Below, one piece after another: positions 38,915-51,600 of a stretch of DNA of 64,000 bases; positions within the stretch are counted from its first letter, which is position 1, and the number at the start of each line of letters is the position of its first letter. Origin of the DNA: Phoronis australis (taxonomy: Eukaryota; Animalia; Phoronida); contig NMRA01000215.1 of NCBI GenBank assembly GCA_002633005.1, positions 412,852-476,851 of the forward strand, written 5' to 3'. The notes below the pieces were generated by a model. It saw only the letters and a program-made list of their open reading frames with translations, did no database searches and had not been told where the DNA came from. Made by a program: the position numbers and the translations under genes.

Positions 38915-39939
38915 TTTTTATGCGCTCACGTATGTATATTTGGGTGTATATTGCGGTCATCTATGTGCAGGCGTCCGACGTCCACAGTTAAATCTCATAA
39001 ACCCTCCCAGGATTTTGATGATCTTTGGCAGGTGTGTTGCTATGAAGCTGAAGACAGATGAAGATGAATTTCGGATCACTACGTGTATTAGATCAGTGTG
39101 CCCCCTAGTAGCAAGTTTAGTTTTTCACGTTTACCTCTGAATCTTCGGAGGTCCTCAGTAGACTTTCATAAAATTTGACTGTTAGGCATCTGTTGGTGAG
39201 ATGACTATTCCTCTGTTTTTGGATGGATTCGAGGTACTTTGCGTCACCTACTGGCCATTTTACTGTTTTCGAGTTTTTTGGCATCCGCCCTTTTCCAAGA
39301 TCTGTATTAAACTTAGCTAGTGCATTCATTATGAAGTAGACAGTGAACGATGACGGCATTCAGACAGATCCGACAAACGTGCCCCCTAGTGACAGTTTCC
39401 TTTTGTTCCGCTTTCGTTTGTTTCTCTGAAGGTTCCTTACGAATTTTTAGGAAATTTGGTAAAAAGCTTTCTATTGAAACAATGAGATGTTCCTTTTTGA
39501 TGGATTCAACATATTTGTGCCATCTAGTGTCCATTTTTACTGTTTTATAGTCTGTTTTTGGCATTTGCTCCTTATCAACCAACCACTCTAAGGATGATTG
39601 TGAAAATTGGCATATATGTCGTTCGTGTGAAGAGGACGATTGATGATTTTCCGATGACTTCATCTAGTGTTTTGCCTCCTAGTTGCGCAGATGTTTTTTG
39701 CACCCATAGCCTCCTAGTGGCAATTTTATTTTTTTCTGTTTTTCTCGGTTTCTCAGAAGTTCCTTGATGATTTTTTATGAAATTTGGTAAACTTTGATGA
39801 CATATATCATTTTTCTTATGGATTTGACGTACTTCGCGCCGTCTAGTGGCCAGTTGTATGATACAAATAAACACCCCAAAAGCACACCATTTGCAATGCA
39901 TTAGTGGGCGCATTTCAATGCTATGCGTTGCTCTTGTTT
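38915..39939 (+). mobile_element. Helentron-associated (HINE/DINE-1-like) non-autonomous element; duplicate at about 43242-44269
   Basis: TTTTTATGCGCTC start, subterminal inverted GGGCGCAT, 3' hairpin CAATGC-TAT-GCGTTG followed by CTCTTGTT, T-rich insertion site, internal CCCCTAGTGG repeats. Confidence 0.7.
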
Positions 39940-40130
39940 GAAATGTTAGATGTTTTGACTTTTGTGAATTAATTTCTCAATCTAAAAGACCTGATGGCAA
40001 ATCCCGGAAATGCTTTTGTAGCTCTTCGAATGCAGAAGCTAAATTTGTAAATTCCGCATGGGAAGTTAAGTTCTCGTCCTTCAAGTTAAAAATAGTTGAT
40101 TTTTCTAAATTTCACCTTGTCTGCTTGCAG

Positions 40131-40896
40131 AAAAAAATTTGTGTACCTCATTTGAGAATGGAAACAGAAGAAAAGTGTGTAGCTGATGATATATCTGAAA
40201 TGGTGTTGTCACGACTAGATAAAGGGAAGAAGCTGCAGTTATGTGTGTCGCAACTTGGTTCTAGCGAAGAAATGAAAACTATTGTAGAGCAGTTTTGCAG
40301 GATGAACAAAAAATCGGTACCGGATTTTGCACAAGACTTCAAAATGATGAAAATGCTTTTTAACGAACTCCATGATTTAGGTCACAAAGATCGCAAAGAA
40401 ATGTTACCAGGAGATAATACCTATACTGTTTTCCCTGCATCAGCAGCCAGTTACTATGAGCGCTTGGCTGCTGAGCCCTCGATGCCCAGAGAAGGATTGT
40501 ACAGTTGTGAAGAATTTCGTTTGCAGTCATTTCTTGGGTTTCCAAAAACTGTGAATGTTGGAGTAGTTCTACTTGCAAAGGTTGGCTTTTGGTACACTGG
40601 CAATGGTGATGAGGTAGCCTGCTTCTCATGCAATATGCATCTCAGCAACTGGAGCCCCTGTAAGGACCCCTTTGTCCGCCACCAAGAGGAATCACCTGAT
40701 TGTGATTTTGTTAACTGGAAAGATGAATGTAATGTTCCATACGGCTCTACAGAGAATCCTTTTAATCCTAATAGCAGGAACACTGAGGCACCTGGACTTG
40801 TGGCGACAATGGTGGATGGCCTTGATCAGATAGATTGCCCAGATGAAGTAGACCGTGTGATGCGTGTGGAACTGTCCAGGATAAAGACCTATACGG
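40131..40896 (+). CDS. IAP exon B, copy 1 (helical region, BIR1 and start of next BIR)
   Basis: RLQSF...GFWYTG...CFSC-x16-H-x6-C; TTGCAG acceptor in phase 0; G/GTTTGT donor in phase 1. Confidence 0.8.
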
Positions 40897-41446
40897 GTTT
40901 GTATGCAGGCTATAAATAACCTCATTAACAACTGCGTACATTCGGTCATGTGTAGTCTCTGTGAAACTGATTATTTATGCCCACAAGAGAACACTTCGCT
41001 TTTACTCTCAATATGAATATGATGCATCACATTGACAAAAATGTAAGGATGTTTTTGTGAGACTTGTGCCACTTCTGAGATGCAACATAGCTCAGACATG
41101 GTACTGGATTCCTAACTAAAACGTCCTACAGACATTGTTGGACAGAACAAATGATGAATTTTATTTAAAAATAGTCACTTAGTTGCTGAACTTTCAAAGG
41201 TTTGGGAAGTGGCAATTAATCTTCCTGGCCTCTGGGTTATCTTACCTCTTTTAACATGGAACATCTGTCACTAAAACTGGCACCTTTCCCTAAGGTGAGC
41301 AGGGGCCCAGCAAAATTATGGGATCATAGATTTTAGGCAACAGATTCTCAACTGAAGTTTTCCAGTGCAATTCCCGTAAGAGGCAGCACTTACTTTGTGT
41401 GCCAATCCCAGATTTAGGTATGTGCATCTGATTGGCACATTTTGCG

Positions 41447-42640
41447 TTTTTATGCGCCCACATATTTATATCTGGACGCATTATGCCGTCATCTCCGTCC
41501 ATCCGTTCGGGCGGCGGCGTCCGGCGTCCGCTGCTCTGTCTCCAAAACCCTTGGACTTACGTTCATGAAATTTGGCACATATGTTCCATTCATGATTGGG
41601 ACGGCATGAGCGAACTTTCAGACATATCCGACTACTGGTGTGCCCCCTAGTGGCAATTTTAGTTTTTTATGCTTACCTTTGTATCTTCAAAAGTCCTGAA
41701 GAGATTTTCATGAAATTAGGTTTGTAGGCACCTATTAGTGAGATGACGGTATCCACCCGTTTTCGGATGGATTTGACGTAGTTGGCACCACCTAGTGGCC
41801 ATTTTTACTGTTTTTGAGTCTGTTTTTTGCGTCCACCCCTCTATCAACCAAACCGCTCGAAGGATGATTGTGAAAATTGGCATGTATGTGCTTACTATAA
41901 AGAGGATGGTTGACGATGATTTTCCGACGATTTTGACTACTGTGGCGCCTCTTAGTGGCAGTTTTGTTTTTGTTGCACGTGTGAAGTAGGTCAATTCACT
42001 GCTCTCAAGATAGCATCAATTTGATGTTGCCCAACACAGAAATAGGTTATCATGTGATCACATGTTTAAACCTATGCATCTGTACCTGAAGCTATGCCTC
42101 TATCCAAATTAAATCGCTTGTGCCTATATGCAAGTTATTTAAACTGGAGCAGCGTGGAGTGTTGAAATGTGCCCACGCATGCACCGCAAACAGTCTGCTA
42201 CTAGGGATGTTTATTTGCATCATAAAAATGGCCAGTAGATGGTGCAAAATCCGTCAAATCCATCCGAAAACGGTAACATGCTATCGATTCTTTAATTGAA
42301 AGCTACTTACCAGTTTTCATAAAAATCTGAGAAAAAAATTTTGAGAAACAAAGGAAAACCAAAAAAAGAAATTGCCATTAGGGGGCAAAACATTTGTCGG
42401 ATGTGTCTGAAAGTCGTCATTGCCTGTTCTCAACTTCCTAGAAATACACTTGTTAAATTTAATAAAATCCTGCTATAGGACACACAGCTACGGGTGCAAA
42501 AAAAACTGCCACTAGGAGGCTCCACAGTAGTCGAAGTTGTCTTCGTGAACTGTCCTCTTCATACTGAGGACCTTTGAAGAAACAGAGGTAAACTGAAAAA
42601 AAATTGCCACTAGGGGGCACAGCAGTATACAGATCCGGCT
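41447..42640. mobile_element. Helentron-like fragments in opposite orientations at the duplication junction
   Basis: TTTTTATGCGCCCAC start with CCGTCCATCCGT (41447 to about 41990) and an inverted fragment at about 42220-42640; same family as 38915-39939. Confidence 0.65.
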
Positions 42641-42669
42641 TAACATTTATTTTGTTCTGTCACTTGCAG

Positions 42670-45600
42670 TTCCATTAAAAAAGCAAATGTACATCGCTGA
42701 TGGTGAACAAAAGCGACATCTTGTCTTACTACTCTATCACCTCTTGGATGGAAATGAATGTAATGGCAGAACCTCAGGAAAAAGTGACTTGCACAAACAA
42801 CTGTTACTTCGAAGTCAAAGGCGTGTTTTATTTTGGTCTAAATACTTGACTTTGCGTGCCACTTGTGACGTTGCAAGTAGTTTTGAGAGAGAAAGACAGG
42901 AAAAATACCAAAGTTTGTTTCTTAGTACGTTGCAGCGGCATTCATTGTTGACTGATATTCAACATTTTGTTGTGAGTGATCATGTTTGGAAAGCTGTAGT
43001 GACAACCCGCAAGGTGGCACATAAGTCCTCCGATGAACTGGATGAAATAGATTCACTGGTAAGTTGAATGTTTCTTTCTGTTGTTTTGTGTTCTTCGATG
43101 AATCTCATGACTTGTTACATTGAAATTTTGACATGGGAGTAACGAATTCTATTTACTGCATTCTGTTGGGCACAAAACTGACTCGGGTTTTTCTGATAAT
43201 GTCTTGCCCTGATGAATCCGGTTTCAAAAAAGAAGTCAGCATTTTTATGCACCCACGTATGAATATTTGGGTGTATATTGCCGTCATCTCTATGCGGGCG
43301 TCCGACGTCCACAGTTGTATCTCCTAAACCCTCCCAGGATTTTGATGATCTTTCACAGGTGTGTTGCTATGAAGCTGAAGACAGATGAAGATGAATTTCA
43401 GACCGCAGCGTCTACCAGTGTGCCCCCTAGTAGCAAGTTTAGTTTTTTACGTTTACCTCTGAATCTTCGGAGGTCCACAATAGACTTTCATAAAATTTGA
43501 CTGTTAGGCATCTGTTGGTGAGATGACTCTATTCCTCTGTTTTTGAAGGGATTCGAGGTACTTTACATGACCTACTGGCCATTTTACTGTTTTCGAGTCT
43601 GTTTTTTGGCATCCGCCCATTTCCAAGATCTTTATTAAATTTAGCTAGTGTATTTATTATGAAGTAGACAATGAACGATGACGACGTTCAGACAGATCCG
43701 ACAAACGTGCCCCCTAGTGGCAGTTTCTTTTTGTTCCGCTTTCCTTTGTTTCTCTGAAGGTTCCTTACGGAAATTTAGTAAATTTGGTAAAATGCTTTCT
43801 ATTGAAACAATGACATGTTCCTTTTAGATGAATTTAACATATCTTGTGCCATCTAGTCTCCATTTTTACCATTTTATAGTCTGTTTTTGGCATTCGCCCC
43901 TTATCAACCAACCACTCTAAGGATGATTGTGAAATTGGCATATATGTCGTTCGTGTGAAGAGGACGATTGACGATGATTTTCTGACGACTTCATTTAGTG
44001 TTTTGCCTCCTAGTTGCAGTGATGTTTTTTGCACCCATAGCCTCCTAATGGCATTTTTATTTTTTCTGTTTGGCTCGGTTTCTCAGAAGCTCCTTGATGA
44101 TTTTTTATAAAATTTGTTAAACTTCGATGACATATATAATTTTTCTTATGGATTCAACATACTTCAAGCTGTCTAGTGGCCATTTGTATGATACAAATAA
44201 ACACCCCAAAAGCACACCATTTGCAATGCATTAGTGGGCACATTTCAATGCTATGCGTTGCTCTTGTTTGAAATGTTTGATGTTTTGAATTTTGTGAATT
44301 AATTTCTCATTCTAAAAGACCTGATAGCCAATCCCGGACATGCTTTTGTAGCTCTTCAAAGGCAGAAGCTAAAGTTGTAAATTTCGCATGGGAAGTTAAG
44401 TTCTCGTCCTTCAAGTTAAAAATAGTTGATTTTTCTAAATTTCACCTTGTCTGCTTGCAGAATAAATTTTGTGTACCTCATTTGAGAATGGAAACAGAAG
44501 AAAAGTGTGTGGCTGATGAGATATCTGAAATGGTGTTGTCACGACTAGATAAAGGGAAGAAACTGCAGTTACGTGTGTCGCAACTTGGTTCTAGTGAAGA
44601 AATGGAAACTATTGTAGAGCAGTTTTGTAGGATGACCAAAAAATCGGCACCAGATTTTGCACAAGACTTCAAAATGATGAAAATGCTTTTTAATGAACTC
44701 CATTATTTAGGTCACAAAGGTCGCAAAGAAATCTTACCAGGAGATAATACCTATACTGTTTTCCCTGCATCAGCAGCCAGTTACTATGAACGCTTGGCTG
44801 CTGAGCCCTCGATGCCCAGAGAAGAATTGTACAGTTGTGAAGAATTTCGTTTGCAGTCATTTCTTGGGTTTCCAAAAACTGTGAATGTTGGAGTAGTTCT
44901 ACTTGCAAAGGCTGGCTTTTGGTACACTGGCAATGGTGATGAGGTAGCCTGCTTCTCATGCCATATGCATCTCAACAACTGGAGCCCCAGTAAGGACCCC
45001 TTTGTCCGCCACCAAGAGGAATCACCTGATTGTGATTTTGTTAACTGGAAAGATGAACGTAATGTTCCGTACGGCTCTACAGATAACCCTTTTAATCCTA
45101 ATAGCAGGAACACTGAGGCACCTGGACTTGTGGCGACAATGGTGGATGGCCTTGATCAGATAGATTGCCCAGATGAAGTAGACCGTGTGATGCGTGTGGA
45201 ACTGTCCAGGATAAAGACCTATACGGGTTTGTATGCAGGCTATAAATAACCTCATTAACAACTGCGTACATTCGGTCATGTGTAGTCTCTGTGAAACTGA
45301 TTATTTATGCCCACAAGAGAACACTTCGCTTTTACTCTCAATATGAATATGATGCATCACATTGACAAAAATGTAAGGATGTTTTTGTGAGACTTGTGCC
45401 ACTTCTGAGATGCAACATAGCTCAGACATGGTACTGGATTCCTAACTAAAACGTCCTACAGACATATTGTTGGACAGAACAAATGATGAATTTTATTTAA
45501 AAATAGTCACTTAGTTGCTGAACTTTCAAAGGTTTGGGAAGTGGGCAATTAATCTTCCTGGCCCCTGGGTTATCTTACCTCTTTTAACGTGGAACATCTG

Positions 45601-48600
45601 TCACTAAAACTGGCACCTTTCCCTAAGTTCAGCAGGGGCCCAACAAAATTATGGGATCATAGATCGTAGGCAACAGATTCTCAACTGAAGTTTTCCAGTG
45701 CAATTCCCGTAAGAGGCAGCACTTACTTTGTGTGCCAATCCCATATTTACGTATGCGCATCTGATTGGCACATTTTGTGTTTTTTACAAGCTAGAAGTAC
45801 GATAGAAAACATTTTGGCACAGTTCTAGCCATCCTTTGAGCAAAATTTCTGAGAGGCGTAGAAATATTACTTAAAGAATGGTGTCCAGACAAAAAGATTG
45901 AAATTCGTTACTCTCCTCTTTAGTGTATTTTTTATGCAATTGTTTGGCTACAGGCCAAATTCTATGAAACTTTTATACTTGATGTCAAACTGACCTTCCC
46001 CAGGATGGCCAGCTTCAGCACCAGTGTTTCCTGATGAGCTGGCCAGCAATGGCTTCTTTTACACTGGCTCCGAAGACCGTGTCAAGTGTGCATTCTGCGC
46101 TGTCATACTGCGTGACTGGGAGCCTAGTGACCGTGTCGCTACTGAGCATCGTAGCCATTCACCTGCGTGCATATTTGTTCGCAACCCTAACAGTCGTGCT
46201 AATGGAAACATACCACTTGGAAGTGAGTCATTGTCTGGAGTTGATCAGCCAGTCAACATAGCTCCAAACACAGCTGATGTTCTGAGTAAGTGTCCTTTTG
46301 TAAAATTCAATGGCACATTTGTGTTTAAATCGTTAAGTATGGTGTACCTGCTGCAGTTTCAGACAAGTTGGAAAATGAAATGTCATCAACACATCAAAGA
46401 CATGTGAAAGTAAAAATATCTTTAAAATAATCAGAGTTTGAAGTACCAGATCAGCAAAGTGACAATCGAGGCAGAAAACATCGGAAATTGGTGCAAGTAG
46501 TCAAGGAGCACAAGATCCAACCAATAAAACATATGCTGAATTATAGACAAGGTTTCCTTTTCCCGATTGGTTAATTACAGATAGTTTGTGAAAGACTGTC
46601 CAATGAAATATGAGCTTATGTGGTTTTGAATGATGAGATATCTGTTTTGGAAGCTGTGTCAAGATGTCTAGAACGGAATGTCTGAGATAAATATTATGCG
46701 AAATTAGATTTGAGGATGGTAAAATTTGGTCGTTACTCAGGTTTAAAAATGATGTTGTCACGTGCAGTTATAAGAGGTGCTTATTTTGAACAGGTGACAG
46801 TGGAATAGCAGCCAGTCTTGGAATTGAAGTGGAGCGCCCACGGACACCAAGCTATTCTCAGTATGATCGTCGCTTGGAAAGCTTCAAGGAGTGGCCCCGT
46901 AACCACTGTCAAAAGAAGGAACACTTGTCCGACGCTGGCTTTTATTTCATTGGTAAGAAAAACCTTTTGATTGCTGCAGAGGGATGAAAAAAAATTACGA
47001 CCTCGCACACATATTCTCAAGAAGAAGATATGGTTTTTAGTCCAAGTTCAGACTTGGTGACCCTTAGGAAGTCAAAAAGTTGTTGTTCAGTCCCTTGATT
47101 CTGCTTGGTAATGTGGTCCTGGTATTACATTTCAGTCATTTCTGAACAGGCAGTATGCTGTGTGAAGCTGTATCTGTACCCTGGGAAGTGTTATGTAATT
47201 AACTTCAAAGTCAGCATAGCTGACAGCTGGGTAGAGTTCTGTAACATTCGATGTAGGATCTGGCTAAAAAGCAAGACTTTGCGGCATTATGTGAGACATT
47301 GCCATGTATTTTGTGATTTTGGCTAGATTTTTCTAGCCATGAGACACCTACTGAACTTTACCCTGGGTTAACACAGTCACTTGACCATTAAGTTTTGCTT
47401 ATTATGGGACCAGTCCTGTCCCCATTTACCAAGCATCTGGGTAGTGATTGGTCGGTTTGTGTGATCTAATTGACCTATCCCAAGCTCCACCCCTTGCGTA
47501 ATGTCGACTAACAAACAATAAGTTTTACCCAGCAACGTGTTGTTTGTCTGGTAAAAATGGCGGCTTGGAAACGAAGGTGTGTTAATAATGCTGCATTCTA
47601 AATGGTCAGTTAAGCCGTCGCTCAAAATTCCGGCGATTGGTCAACTAGCAGCCTTATGTAATATGTGTAATGTCTAAGGGAGTGTGATTTAGTTGATGTA
47701 GGCCGCTGCAATTGGTTTCCTCAGTGTTAGCGTCATTTTGACGATTTGGACCCAATGAAATGAAATTAACATGCAAAAAATTAACAATATCTTTGAATTA
47801 ATGCCATATTTTCAAATTCCTATCGGTGGGTCTTTGAAAATTATTACCTGGTTCTGGACAAACTTAATCGTTTCATCTCCCTAGGAGCACACAACAATGG
47901 GTACAACTATTATTACTTGGCTATCTATAGACCCGGTCAATCCTAATCATTCTCAACTCCCCAGGAGCATACAATGGTACAACTATTGGCAGAGCTCATT
48001 GATTAATTCAATTACTTGATTTTGTAAAAATTAAGCCTTAAATTGTCCCCATGGTTAACTGAATCGGGGAAAATTCTCCAAAGATTTTGAAAATTTTATC
48101 TCACTTCATTTCTATTGGTATTTGTGGGTCCAAATCCAGGCATACTAATGGGATGTTTTGTCATCACTAAACAACCGAATTCATGACTCACGGCATGCAA
48201 CAAACATAGTGGTTGTGTCATGCATCACTCCAACACAACCTTTGATGTTTGGTGCATGTTTTTCTCAGTCTGTTATAGGCCAACATTTTGTAAGTAAATA
48301 TGTTGCAACGGTGTGATTGTTTAGAAGATATCGTTTGTCAAACTCTAAGGTTGGTTATTCTTTTCTTTGGCTTTGAAGGCAATGGTGACAACGTCAAATG
48401 TTTCTTCTGTGATGGTGGCCTCAGAAACTGGGAACAACAAGATGACCCCATCACCGAGCACGCTCGCTGGTTTCCTCGCTGTGGCTATGTTCGTCAGAAG
48501 AAGGGCATAGAGTTTATCCGTGGGATCACGGAACACTTCGACCAGTTCTATCCTGTGAGCATGCCTTCTGCCTTTACATAGTTCCCTATCAAACATGCAA

Positions 48601-51600
48601 TTGTCAATGTGTATGACTCTGTTGTTCCCTTTCAACCCGAGAACTTAGCTCGTTTTCACTGTTTTCCATTTTAGTGCTTCAGCAACAGTGTTGTTGTTTT
48701 GCATTTATGTTCCCTGTCGTAACAGAAATGCACTTCCCATGAACGACATTTCCTGTGAACATGAATAAGATAATGATTCACAATAATTATTTTGTTGTTT
48801 TTTCTTGGTGGATTTCATCATTTCTTTAGTAAAATTTGATGTCATGTTACTTGATCACGAAAACAGCATTAAACGAAAACAAGTCTTCCATTTCCAGTAG
48901 CTTAAGGTATAAGCTTTGCTCCACTGTTTTTCAGTACAGGCACCTATTGAATTTGCTTTCATGGACTGCACCTGTTTTTATTGCAACTTTTAACTGCTAA
49001 TTATTGTAATGCGAGACGAAGCATTTCAACTTGTGCTTGTCTTGTATGTCAGGGTACTGTTCCATAATTAGTTTCAGTGTTTATAGTGGTTTCAGAAATG
49101 TGATCATACGGTTCACACAACTATTTCAGAAAAATAATTAATCTTATATGAGTAAAAGAGCAAAGTCATTGACAATATACAAATAATTGCTAGTTGCTAA
49201 TAACAATTTCTAGAAATTATTTCTAGACTGTTCTGTACTGTTGTTGTTGTTTTCTTGACAGGAATTGATTCCCGCGGATCAGCGCGCCACAGCCACAGCT
49301 GATGTTGTTAACATATCTGGCTCAGGTAGGGTACACAGTTGACTTCTCTACTCTTCATAGGGTGTCTTGCTGTTCCCCCGTGTGCTTCTGTTTTAAACTG
49401 CATGCTCACTGTAGGAATATGATGAGTTACTGCTCTGCAAGTAATCCGAGCTTGCTGAAACATCTTGATGTTTTGTGTGTTTTTTACAGATTTTTTGTTT
49501 GTGATGAACTTGAGTAAGTTTTGTTTATCTACTTCCACGCTAAATTGGGGTTGACTCCCTCCATTGGTGACAGAGGTACTGTCATTACAAGTATTTTTGG
49601 CTAGTACACTGAGTAGCAACATTGCGAGTATGGTTGCTTTCACATGTGACTAATTGTATTTAATATCAAGTTTACAGTTCCTGTTTCAAGCGTCTGTTTG
49701 GTCATTCAGGACTCTGGAGTGTAATTGTTGTATGCAAACTTGAAATTGTTTGTGACATATTTTCCAATCTACTGTAGATGAAACTTAATAGCAGTGTCTA
49801 GTTTTGTGTGCTCAAGGATATTGTCATTTATACAAATTAGTATCTAGTCAAAGTTCGGGTTTATTGATCCCTAGATTTGAGATTTAAACTGGTAAAAAGT
49901 TATGATTTCTAAAAAAAGTCTTGAATTGAAGTTGGGCAATAGTCTGATATAACGTGCCCGCATTTTGAGAACCAGTTGATGCCCGTTATTTAGAGGGGAA
50001 AACTGGTTCTCAAAATTTGCGCACGTTATATCAGACCATTACCCTTAAGTTGTAATGTTGGAGAAAAAGAGGATTAGATAGTCACAAATTATTACATTCT
50101 GTCATATATCTTGAGTATGTACAAAATTAGAATGGAAAATACCAGAAGTGATTTCAAGTACAAAGGTCAGTGTTGGTGAAGCTTTTGGTGTAATCGTAGA
50201 AGCAGCTTCCTGGTGTGACTACAAGATTGTTTTTCACAAGGCAGCTACAGTGAGACGCTCGTAATTTACCTCTGAAATATCGGTCATGTTTGCATAAAAT
50301 ACATGCTTTCATGTAGTTCAAGTAGACACTTATCCCACAATTAAAGCTCTCATGCTGGTGAACAACTGCACTTTATTCAAATAACACCTTGTAGCGAATA
50401 TTGCGTTTCTCATTATGCGCTATTATGACAAATCTGCTATAATTGTTGTTGCTTGGTGCCTATGTCACCCTGTAGCATTCAAATTAAGTTACTCAAGTCT
50501 AGCAATTCTGTTTGATATTAATTCATCATAAGTTAGTTTTTATGAAATACATAAGTATCAAGTGTTTCTTTGAATTCACATGAATGGCATTTGGTAGTTG
50601 GCATGTGTATTCATGTTAACAGTTGATACAAGATTTCCATGACCATTCCGCAAGTGATGATCGTTTATCATAAAGTTAATATCAGCCAAAATGGGATCGT
50701 ATTGGATACAAGCCTCATCTCTGTGAAAGAAATGTATGCGTGGAGTTCTTCTTCAGCTTTTGCAACAGCAAGCAATCTGCCTGGTGTCGAGTATACAGTA
50801 GAGCCACGAGAGATTAAGGCACGCATGGACACCAACAAAGTGCGTATGGTGCTGGAGTTGGGGCACAGACGGACCGTCGTCAAGCAGACTATTGAGAACC
50901 AACTGAAGCGAAACGGTAAAATCAGCATTCCTTTAGCGAGATCAGCAGGCTGGGGACATTTGTCCTGGCTAATGTTGCCATAGTGAAAACTTGCGCAAGA
51001 GCTACCGGCATTCTGCTAGATCATGCAACAAGACGGCAGTAATCGCCACCAATTGCAATTTGGTGATTACTATTAGCAAGCTTGTCTGTTTAACGCATAG
51101 GACATCTAGTCTTTTACCTTGGATCATTGGGCCAGTCCCAATACTCAAGTCTTCTGGAGTGCGTTCCTGAAGATTTGTCTCTGTGAATGCCAGGAAGATC
51201 ACTCGCTCTGTTTGTGGCTCACCCATTAAGAAAAATGTGGACACATCCCTGGATGTACCTTATAATTAGTGACTTGTAGCTGGCTTGAGTCTGTCCAGTT
51301 CTTTTCAACGTTTATGATTGTATGGTTGTACTCTTTGTGATAGACAGCCAGCCTGATGCACCATTTGGTTTAAAATCTGAACTCTGTTCAAAATTATGCC
51401 TATGGGCACGTTTTTCTACAAACAGTAAGGCAAAGCAGGGCTATAGAATGTAACTAAAACTGGCTAGTTGCCAAGTGAGCCATGAAGTTTCAAATCTTAG
51501 GAGCCCAGAATAAAAGTTAGGGACCTAAAGTTTTTGAAGGATAGTTGCGACAATCAAATGAACGCCCAAATCAATGAACAGGTGGGATTGGACCTTACAT

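Larger units (their letters stand above)
38319..41452 (+). repeat. Tandem duplication unit 1 (IAP exons A and B with introns); unit 2 is 42643-45786
   Basis: High identity through exons and introns at an offset of about 4.33 kb. Confidence 0.97.

Noticed and set aside
40125-40919. Two stand-alone single-BIR genes of 264 aa (also 44455-45249)
   Set aside because: The ORF starts are TTG within splice acceptors and the ends run past a donor; these are exons of the larger IAP.
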